From the NCBI GenBank assembly GCA_965287045.1, contig OZ336874.1:85312001-85376000 (forward strand): a stretch of 64,000 nucleotides of DNA, read 5' to 3'. Each line of letters opens with the position of its first letter. Within the stretch, counting starts at the first letter, position 1. Made by a program: the position numbers and the translations under genes. This DNA is from Carcharhinus amblyrhynchos (Eukaryota). Below the pieces are notes generated by a model. It did not search any database. It had not been told where the DNA came from and worked only from the letters and a program-made list of their open reading frames with translations. Positions 1 to 11,300 of this stretch are shown here, piece after piece.

Positions 1-1379
1 CAGAGAATCAAGCCAGAGACACCAGTGTCTGAGAACATTGTGTGATAGATACTGGTACGTGTTATTGTTCCTACTCTCTTGCAGCATGTCCTACACATGC
101 TTCTTGTGCATTCCACCGCAAAACAGTCTTTCCTTTAACTCTACATAATCGTGTAATTTTGTACAGACTTTTTCTTAAAAAGTGATAAACAAGAAGACGT
201 GCAAATTATAAACACACCATTCATAGGAAAGCAGGGCTGTCATAGTAGGCTGTGAAATCCCCCCTTTGTACTGCCAGATTTGGTAATACTACTATGTAAA
301 GCATGATGGTTGTATTGTCGGCAACATTTCCCATGTTTTAAAATGCGTTCTAATGAAGGCAACATAAACCTAGTTATTGGAGGTTTGAGGTTTGTTCGAT
401 TTTCTTTTGCAAAATAGCACTTAGTGGATTTTAAAATTCCAATTTGATTTGTGCATACACATTTTGTACACACATTTTGTATACATATTTTCTGTGCACT
501 GCCCAGGTTTGGGAACATTTTGTGGAACAGACAAGGGGCCAGATTGAGCTTTCTTTCAGGAAAGGCTCTGGAACAATTTGCGAATGCTTTAATTTATATG
601 CTTAGAAGCCACATTTTAGCGTATGAATTAATAAAGTAAAATAGGAAGTTTGGGTCACGACCCAGCACTTGGACAGCATCCAGAATAAGAGGTTGAAAAT
701 ACCATCCGGAAACCGAAGGTAAAACCACAACAAGCCTCCTGCAAGCTTCAGTAACTTCCAGCGGCCCTCACAAACAGGCCAGCGAGAAAGAAAATGGCAA
801 GAAAAACACCCTCTCGATCATCCAAAGGCTGCCTGCTTTGGAAAACTTGGACAGCTTTGAGAAAGGCTTCCCATGAATTCCCCTCTGGCTAACAATCAAA
901 ACAAGTTTGGTCAAAACTGGAAGGTGGGGGGGGGTGGGGTGGGGGGAGGAGAGTGCAATGTTAAGCGTTTGAACAGACGCATATAACATCTACTTTTCTG
1001 CTATAATCGCATTTTGTGTCTCTCCCCTTGTGATTGTTGTATTTACCAACAGTTCTCTCGATAAAGGAATAATTTATCAAGATTTGGGGGCTGTTGAAAA
1101 GACAATTAATTTATAATTTTACTGATCAATTTCCAATTGATTTACATCAGATTATGTCATTTAATAAAACTCTCCTGCTTAAAATAAATCATTGTTATAG
1201 CACTTGACTAATACCACCCTGTACATAAATAAGCATCAGCCGCCCAAACCATCCATACCTGCTTTCCCATGCACTCTTACTGCACCGAGCGAGCAACGTT
1301 TTATTGATTTAGATCCAATTTGCCCAACTTTCTGTCCCGTTCGCCCCCTCCCCCTGCCGTCCCTCCTTCCCAAAACCTA

Positions 1380-1979
<600 letters not shown>

Positions 1980-2617
1980 TCAGAAACGCATCATTTTAAA
2001 AAAAGCACTATTTTAGATTTTTTTCAAGATCACAAACAATCACTTCAATTCTCCATAAAATTACAATAAAGGACATTATAAAAAATAGGCACATTAAAAA
2101 AAGGAAATAGAAAACACAGTTTTACCCCTCAGAGCGCTCCACATTGTGTCCGTTTAAAAAAAATCCAAAACACACAATATTGTGGGAAGAATTGCTGGAT
2201 TGCAAAAAAAAACTCCCCCAAACTGCAACACCCACCCACGGTTACAATTGGAAAATTCTCCAAACATCTAATGCATGAATGCAAACGATTAACTTACAAT
2301 TACAGGGGGGAAAAGACCGATGTATTAACCATTTGAATCCACAAAAAATATGCAGCCATGCTTGTAATTGTTAAACTCTCTCAACTTTGAAGCTGCGGAG
2401 TTCGATTTTTTTTAGGTTAAGCGACTTTTTTTTAAAAAAAGACGCGTTTTAAGAATTGGCAACTAACGTTTTTCTTATTTTTGACAGGTTTCAATTAACC
2501 GATTAGAAGGATTTTCACAACAGAAGCATTTGTTCAGATTCGAAGCAAAATCGCGCAATGAGAGATTTGGAGCTCATATCTTCTCACATTTACAGTGATG
2601 CTTAATAAAATATTCAC

Positions 2618-3065
2618 CTTCCCGCCTCATCCCAACTTTGAGGCATTTCTTCAGGCGGCAGTACTGACACTGATTGCGGTGGTGCTGGTCTATAGGACAA
2701 TTCCGGTTCGCACGACATGTGTACGTTAAGTTTCTCCGAACACTTCTCTTGAAGAAACTTTTGCAGCCCTCGCATGTGAACTGGCCGTAATGCTTGCCGC
2801 TGGATTTATCCCCACACACCACACACTCGATATGCTGCTGCTGCTGACAGGGCTGTTGCTTCTCGCCGACAGGCTGGACGCTCTGACTGCTGCCTCCGAG
2901 CGGAGTGGAGGGCGGCCCGGGCTGCCCTGGGGTCTGCGGGGTGTGGGGAGCACCCGATGCCGCCTGCTGCTGCTGCTGGCCCGGCTGCGTTTGTGCAGAC
3001 TGGCTGCCCTGAGCTCCGGCCACGTCCTCCTGAGGATCTCGCCATGTACTAACTACCATTGCCAT
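2618..3065 (-). CDS. NR2F2: COUP-TF (NR2F2-like) coding exon 1: N-terminal A/B region plus two-zinc-finger DNA-binding domain
   Basis: ATG at 3065 gives [12 protein letters not shown]...[72 protein letters not shown], the NR2F1/NR2F2 DBD. Phase-1 donor GAA G|GTGAAT at 2618/2617. Family call is near certain; the NR2F2 versus NR2F1 assignment is only about 0.65. Confidence 0.95.
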
Positions 3066-3818
3066 AATCTCGGGCCCAAAAAGTGCGGGAAAACAAGTTG
3101 ATCGCACGGATTTTTTTTTTGTCCTGTTGGTAGGGAACAGAGTTGGATGGTGGTAACAGAAAATGAAAAAAAAAGGAAAGAGAGAGAGAGAGGGAAAGAA
3201 AGGAATGAAACTGCGATCAAAGCAACGCACACAGACACACACACATAAGGAGCAGTGAATGAATGAGTGAGTGTTGATCAACAGTAACCGAAACAAATGA
3301 GGACCAAAAAAAATAGGATAAAAAGGAAGAACCCGATCAGGGTACGCAAGTGTCGGGAGGCCAGATCCAGGGCAACACGCAGTCAGCCATTCAGGAAAGC
3401 AATCTAGGAGGGAACGAGGGGTTAAAGATTATAGGAGTTGGGGAAAAAGAGACGACCTCAATTCGAAGGAACACACACACACAAGAGAAAAATAACCACG
3501 CGATCCGAAGTAAAGTATGGCGAGTGTTAAATCCCTTCTTCTCCGGAGAGGAACAGAAAATAGAAGATCTGAATTGTCAGAGAGAAAAAAAAACTCACCA
3601 GGACAAAAAAAAAGGACGGTCGACGTTAAAGCGCCCTATTTTCACCTCTCATGCGGAGTGGAGACAGAAAGAGAGGAAAGAAAAAACAACTAATAGAATA
3701 TGCAAGGGGGAGACAAAATGAATGCGTTTAAACGGGAAGACTAGCGGAGCAATTTTTCCGAAAGGGGGATCTGCGCGAATGTCTGTATATAGTGAACTTT
3801 GACACTACTATTGAAACT
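3066..3818 (-). other. Predicted 5' UTR (about 750 nt, pyrimidine-rich, three uORFs)
   Basis: Lies between the predicted Inr +1 (3818) and ATG 3065. Upstream ATGs at 3652, 3390 and 3246. The TSS is inferred from motif spacing only. Confidence 0.65.
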
Positions 3819-3975
3819 GACACGTTTCTATGGAGATCGCTGCCTTATATGGAGCTCATGTCAAGGAGCCAAGAGAGGGGCTGTTGGCAACTGATAATCA
3901 AAGGCGACTGGTCATAGCCCTGAATCGGGGCTGGGGAGGCTAAGGTTAGCCAGCCTCCTGCACACTATTGGTTAG
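3793..3975 (-). promoter_or_regulatory. Core promoter: CCAAT box, CArG/TATA, Inr and downstream DR1 element
   Basis: Minus strand: CCAAT 3971-3967; CCATATAAGG 3852-3843 with TATAA starting 31 nt before the A (3818) of Inr TCAGTTT; GTGTCA-A-AGTTCA DR1 at 3805-3793. A DR1 near the TSS is established for vertebrate NR2F promoters. Confidence 0.8.
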
Positions 3976-5260
3976 CCGTCTTATTTATTACCTACGACGC
4001 TCTGACAAGCAAAATTTACATTAGATCTCCTGCGCTGGTATTTACTTTGAGACCTTATTAGTATGGGTCGCCTGTGGTCACCACAAAAAAGCAACACGAG
4101 GACCCTGTGCTTGTAATAAAACAATGCAGCGAGCTGCCTCGAAATTTCAGATTATGCAAAAAAAAGTTAGTTGACAATGAAACTTTCTTTTCGGCATTTT
4201 TTGATGGATCATTGTTTAAAAATAAATAAATAACACGGGCAGCTCATCCCTTTTGTGTCAAAGAGAAAAAAAACCACAATGTTTTTGCTGTTGCAATATT
4301 AATTCGGTGAGCGACTGTTTTTTTACATTTCATTTTTATTCTGTTTCGAATTATCCTTTGATGCCTCGCTACAATGCCGGTGAGATTTCAATTGTGATTT
4401 GCAGAGGACGGAAAGTTGCCATTGTGTTGTAGACTGGGGAGCTGTGCTTGTAACTGTAGGATAAGTCCAGCAGAAAGTGCGGAGGCTGTTAACGTGCCTT
4501 GTATTTGACGCAAATTAAATCTCAGAACAGCTGTATCCGGCTGCCATCTAGCGTACAGTAGACAATTATCAAATATAATACACACCCAGCTGGATAACCC
4601 ACCAGATGGGCTTTTATTGAGGGATTTGTTTAATGCGAATAATTTATTGAATTTTAAAGTAAGTATTCTAAACTATTAATCCCAATGTTATTAACCCTAA
4701 AATTTCAGAATTAATCATTACATTAGTGGATCAAATGAAAACTGTGAATCCACCGCCCAGATCATTATTCGTTTCACTAAATTCTGGGTTACTGCTCTAC
4801 ACATATTGCAGCAATGTTTGAAACTTGAAGATGTAATGTTTATCGCCTATTTTCTACAAATCAGCCATGACAAAAAAACTTAACTGTTATAAAAGCAAAT
4901 AGATTCTCAGTGACAAACAGACCTAAGTAAGACAGTATACTTACTGTCGGTATGATTAATATATGCATTGCACCCATTCCTTCTAATATTTAGTTTGTTC
5001 AAAAACAAAGCGTAAACTCAGCGTGGCTAACCTTCATAATTGGTTAGATAACTTAAAAGAATACACAACAACGGCCTTTTGCACCATTCAACGTACACAT
5101 ACGCACACGAATTTGATTAACTAGTTTAAGTTTAATGGAATGAATTCGACTCTAGCATGTTGCCTTGACTAAGCACAGTTTACAATCGGTTGCCATCCTC
5201 AGCCACCCCTATTGTATATGCATTGATGAAGCGCCGTTATTATGCAACAGTGGATCTCGC

Positions 5261-5312
5261 CTCTCTCTCTCTCTCTCTCCCCCTCCCCCTCCCCTTCTCT
5301 CTGTCTCTCTCT
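5261..5312. repeat. (CT)n / CCCCT polypyrimidine microsatellite
   Basis: Directly visible simple repeat. Confidence 0.9.
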
Positions 5313-8300
5313 GGCTTCTTAAATAAAGTCTCGGTCATGTCTTATGATCAGTGAAAAGGTGAAACGAATAAGATTAAAGGGAACAAAGAGAAAATTCTGT
5401 AAGTGTATCATCAGGGTTTTCCTCCTTAGAATGGGGGCAGAGTGGACAGTGGAAGGGAGGCTGCCGCTTCTCTTCTAGCAACTTGCTGGAAGTGTGAAGA
5501 GCTGAAAGCAAGCACCTGTAACAGACGAGAGCGAGAATCGTCAAAGCACGCCAGGCAGGCAAGTAACAACTTTACTTTCATTATCTGTATTATGCTTCAA
5601 TTTTAGAAAAAAAAACGCTCAAAATAGCCCGCCGCTCCCTGAAACACTCAATTCTTTAAACACGGGGCTGACATGCTGTGCTACCAAATATCTTTGACGT
5701 TCTGCTTGTGTCTTCTAATGCTAAGGAAATTATTATTGTATATCATAGAATATGTGTTGCAATGGTAAGGCTGTTCGCGACCGAATATTTTCCCTACGGT
5801 CGCGGCAACGTTGTCCCAGAGCCATTCTAATGTGTAAAACAAGGAGTAACGCTGGATTTATTAATGTGTGCGTATCTTCTGATTACTATTGTCGCCAATC
5901 TTAGTGTAACTAGATTATAGACATTCGGTATATGTAGTATAGCGCACAAGAGGCAGGAATCTTCCTCCTACCCCCATGTTCCAATTGATATGTTCTTGTT
6001 AAAAAAAATCAAGAGCGGCGTCAAGCCAAGGTATACCCAACTTGTAAGCTTCAGAAAGTAAGCTTCTCACCTGCCCTATTTGTTGTTTGATCACCTAATG
6101 AAAAGATCGATTGGCCAATGTTTGGCTAAGTGATAGTGTCAACAGATAAAGAAACAGCAAAATGATCGACTGGCCCCGGAATACAGACACACAATATACT
6201 CTGCTGCCCGAGCCCTCAGTCACTCTTCGCCCACTCTCTCTCCCTTTCCCTGGTCTTACAGTTCCCCTTCTCCATTTCAATAAATACGGTAGTGTTTTGA
6301 CAGAAGGTACTGCGAAAGTAGTTAGAACAAAGCAACAATCCTGTAAGTGAGTGTAAGAGAAATTGCGGGATTCATTATGTGCTGTTCAGAGACGGAGAAA
6401 AGGGGGGAAAATTATCTTCAGCGGGAGGTCGGATCTTTTCAGGCCGGGCCTGAGATAGAGAGAACCGGTGGCAAAATGATATGGAGTCGGTCCCTCCCAA
6501 CCTTTCTGTTTTATCCTCGAGATATTTTGGAATGAATGACCGTACCGACATGGTTCAACTGCATCTATGCCATGCAGTTCAGTTGACTTTTTTATTCCTG
6601 TACTTTTTAGACTCTGAGTTTAAGAGCTGCATTTCTAGGTACACTCCCAAACCAAACTACTTCATCCGTATTCAATTCCCATCCTGAAGAATACACAGTT
6701 ATCTGATTGCAGTTTTAAGTTATTGTATCTTTTTCTGCCACAGATATTTTGTCCTGTAAATTAATTTCCACCTAGCTGAAAAAGTGGCATTGCTTTAGCA
6801 GGTTGCAGATGTTACTTGAATAGCCTTGAATTTATATCAACATGCTGCAGGCTTCTTTAGATATTTCAAAACACAATCTTGTAAATTTAAAACAAAGATG
6901 CATGTTGGTAATAGTGGTTATAACATAGCCAGAGTGAAGATTTTCCAGTGAGAATTAATGCATTTTGTCCCCCGATTTCTGCAGCCAACCCACCCACTAA
7001 GAGCATCTGGTTTGTAGACTTTTGTAAATCTTGGAAAAAAAATGGCTGGTCTTTCAGTCAGATCTCCTCCCTCCTGTTAGGGCCGCTGACCTGCCCCATT
7101 ACCCAAGGTTTTTTTTCGCAGAGTTCCCGAGGGCAAAGAGAGAGAGAGAGAGAATTTTAACTTTTCCAGCTGTATCGAGTCAGCCACGGTGCAAAACTTT
7201 TTTTTACACGAGACATTTTCTTGCACTTTCTCCACTCAAATGCAAACATGAGCCGCGAATTCTTTTTGAAAGCTAAGGAATCGTGTGTCTGACCCTTAAT
7301 TTGCGCACGAAATCTTAATGGCAACCAAAATGCACAACCAAGAGAAACTATGAAATAAGCACAAAGGCAACACACTCATTCTCTTCCCAATTCACTGCAG
7401 TATTTTATCTATGCCCTGCTTTCGACTCAACATATAAAGTTACCCAACTGAGCATTGCCCTGGTCTTACTGAGATCTCTCTTTGACTCCCGGTCGCGCAG
7501 GGATAAATGAATGAAACAGAAACACTTCATGGATTCATCGCGTAAAACGTTATTTTATTTTTAGGTTCCAACAGCTAACACTCACTTGATTTAATCGGCA
7601 ATAAATAAGGTGATTAAGTGACTAAGATGATCCCATCCAGAGGTTAGTTCCACTGGCATTACTGAGAATGGCTGAATCCTGCAGCATTTGGTGTTAGATT
7701 CCTGTGCCTCGGCCTAATTTGTCTAAAGAAAGTTATCTTTTATCCCACAGCCACCAGTAAGGGGGTATGCTAGTGACAGATGCGGATCACTTTAGCTGTT
7801 TATATAAGCAATACCGGCTTTCTGGATATTTTTACTCAACTGTAAACAGGCACGGAGAACTTTAGGTCACATCCTACGTGTGATAATAACAGACAGATGT
7901 TTAAAACACGTAAAAATATACACGAAGCATTTTTAAAGCTAACTCTCGTTCTTTAAGTCTCTTGAAGCGTCAAAAAGAAGAGGAGGGGGTTCTTTGTCCG
8001 AATTCATCCCTGGCTATTCTGGGGGTGAATTTGGTGTGAAAGGGACGAGAAGGTCACTTGACATCGCCTTTTATCTACTGGCGTTCTCTCTGTGGATCAT
8101 CGGATCTGAATAGACACATCTAATCGCACTTAATGGAAACTTGGCGAGAAAGCGAAAACCCGCCTTTACCTGCATTTACCGTTAGAATCAGCGCAGCTAA
8201 TTGCCTCACCCCTCTTCTTTAATGTAATCTCAAAACAAATCGAAAGCCTTAGGAATTTTTGGAGGCCTTATAATTGGCTTGTAATAAACCCACATTTTAA

Positions 8301-11300
8301 CTCAATCCCCTCTCATTGACATGTCTGGGGTCCTCCACTTGAGCAAGTTTTTAATGAATGTGTTAGATTTATATAATAGTTGCATTGCGGATGACAAAAC
8401 AGTTCAGTGTGAAAACTTTTTTTCCCCAATAGTTTGCTGCTATCAGTTCCTCAATACGTGCGGTCTGGTTTCATCAAAAACAATTTAACGCAATTATTTT
8501 TTTTCTAATCAGGACCCATAAAGCATTCCATTCACGAATTTGCTGCTAGTTTGGGCCTAAAGGGAGTTTGTTTGAATATTTAATTTTCCTTTCACTGTAG
8601 GTAATATGGTAACATATTGCAAACCAGGTAGCAGAAATCTTTAATTACAACAGAGGTAAATCTTTAATTGCAAAGAGGTAAAGTTACTGTATTATATGCA
8701 CTTATCTGGAATCTTAACAACGTATACAACATATATTTACCGCGGTCATTAGGTGTGTAATCCCAATAGCAGATTTAAAGATCACATTTAAAGGTAAAAC
8801 AAATGTAAACCTTCCAGTCTGCTCCCACTTAAACCCCCTATCGCGGCGCATAAAAGACCAAAACAATTCAATATACTTAATTAGGAAGGATGCGCCTTTT
8901 CAAATTGGGGAATACGGTGGATGTAAATGAAATAGACAATGAGTGTTCGTTGTATAAAATGTGGACTAGTGGACTAGCAACAAGAAAAAAACAGCTAAAA
9001 GACGAACAGTACTAAGAAACATTCCGGACCATATGAATGAAATACATATCTGACCATGTTCTGCATTAGCAAAATAGCCTCAGCGTGCGAGCCAAACGTG
9101 CAGGTCGGATGAAATTACAAATTAGATCATAAAAGGACAGCTCAACATCAAAACTTTTGCAACATGTCAATGGGAATCATTTACTTTGGATTGCTTAGCA
9201 TCGCCTCTGAAGATACCTTCAAAACAGTGGTAGTTTGGGAGTTGATTTTTTAGCAGGACACTGATGCTTAGATTACTTTTACGATTAGACGGTGGTTGGA
9301 TCTTCTTGGAAGGACTGTCAGCCCCAGCAATGGGTAATTGCTTTATTGCTCACAAAACCGCCATCTATTTAGAACATACATGCTAATTACGGCGAATGGG
9401 CGTATAAGCAGATATCATAAATCTATTAGCATCAAACAAACCGACGGTTTAACTAAGGACTCCAAAGGATTCCATATATTACTTGTGATCAGAGTCCTAT
9501 GATCAGACTCATCTCACAGCATTAAGTAAACGCATGCCCTGTTGAAGCGTGCTCGCTCCGGGCATGGACGTTCGAAAAGTACACACAAACTTTGCCCCCG
9601 AATCCTTTTCTACGCAGTTCCCCTTGAACTCGTGGAGAGACCCCAAGCTGTTCTGAGTAAAGTGAATTTTAATGACAGGTAATTTCAATTGTTTAATGAG
9701 TAAAAGTTTGCAAACTTTCCCCAACACCGCAGTAATAATCCTAGCTTTTCATTCCATGCTTTGCACAGGCGGGCATTACCCATGTAAAAAGTAATCACAT
9801 TTCTCTGGTAGTAATAACTATGATTTCAATACAGTTTTGGACTTAATTGTGAGTTTGGTATTAACACGGGTTTGTTTCCTTTACTCGTCGCTCTTCTAAG
9901 GGGTCGGGTTGTGATTTCTGCACGAATTCTCTTCCCTTTCATTTCATTGCCTTCATATGTCTTTATTTTCACATTCCTGTATCAAAGTTTAATTATGCAC
10001 AATGGACTCAGAAACTTAAAGGGAATACAGTTTTGATGAAAGAAAATTTATTGGGGCTAGCAGTCTAGTCATTCTGATGTTTGATATAATCATAGTATTA
10101 ACTGATCAGTTGCGATTAAATAGTGATTTGATCTTGGCTGCTTTTTAAGAAAAAAGTACGTGGACTAAAGCCATAATCGCTGGAATGCCACGAACCATCA
10201 AGTAGAATTGAATCTGACGGGACTGTGCTAGCCTAGACAAGATGTAGGGACCAGAAGGAAAGAAAACAATTAACACCGAATGACAGTTCATTGGGACTTA
10301 GAGTATTTCACCGAACCCAATATCAACTGTTTAAATCTAACTCCTGGAGTCGGCATGGATCTATTCATTGAAGTGACCACCAGCTCCGATACAACGGACT
10401 GTGGGCATCCCATTGAGAAGCAAATAGCCCCCGTGAATGAAAAAAAAGAAAATGATGCACTTCCAAAGTGCACAATAAAGTCATAAATGTATATTTAGTA
10501 ATAACCCTCCCGAAGCATCAAGAATCATAATGCACAGCAAATATTTGTCTATTGTGGTATGAGGATAGCAACTATTTATTCGTTTTCTTTCCCAAAGGCA
10601 AACTGCTTAAATTATGGAAGATATCTTTCTTACACACTTAGAGTCGAGGCCAATCAGCCGACCCCAATAATCCTCTGGTTGGACAACTGACATTTAGAAG
10701 GCCAATTCTAAAGGCAACCTACATATATTTAATGGTGAATCCATAAGAAGGACCAATTCCCTTACATCTTAAGAATCAGGCTGGAAAGTGTTAATAATTT
10801 AATTGAATTTTCAATCGAGCAAGGGTGACTAGAACCATATTATCCTGGTCTGTAACTCAAATATGCATTTAACATTATTTGTATGGACTTCTAGCTAATA
10901 TCATTATTAAAGTTCCCACAGCTCAATTCATATATAGATTAAAGTCTGATCAAAAGGAAGCGTGATTGAAAGTAATCTTTAATCTATAATTCCAGCTCCA
11001 CTACATTTTGTTCCAATAGATACGTGACTACTGATTTGGATCACGTGATTTCTAATCTGCTGAAGAGTGCGTAGCATTTGAATCAATATCAGTGATTTTT
11101 TTCTCCTTTTCTCTGAGAAACCATCTCATCTCACATAACATATCCTACCGTGATTTATACAGATTTCTGACTAAATAATAATTTGTATAATTAACGCAGG
11201 ACGATAAGACGATCACGATGCCCAATATTGTGCTCACAAATAATATTGCTCGTCAAATGAATCGACAGCTTTTTTAAATGATTTAAATTAAATGCTATGT

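Noticed and set aside
451-498. Short imperfect TACACATTTTG repeats in intron 2
   Set aside because: Low-complexity slippage repeat without spacer structure; not an array system.
922-949. G-run tracts as G-quadruplexes (also 48898-48931, 35587-35607, 61681-61709)
   Set aside because: Simple G-homopolymer expansions are common here and error-prone in assemblies; nothing points to function.
3066-3296. 77-codon in-frame N-terminal extension of exon 1 in the ORF track
   Set aside because: Starts at a non-ATG codon and runs through low-complexity pyrimidine-rich UTR; MAMVV is the conserved NR2F start.
5228-5255. Possible counterpart of the Sonic hedgehog response element described in the mouse COUP-TFII promoter
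   Set aside because: Only a short CATAAT core resembles it; too weak to support without an alignment.
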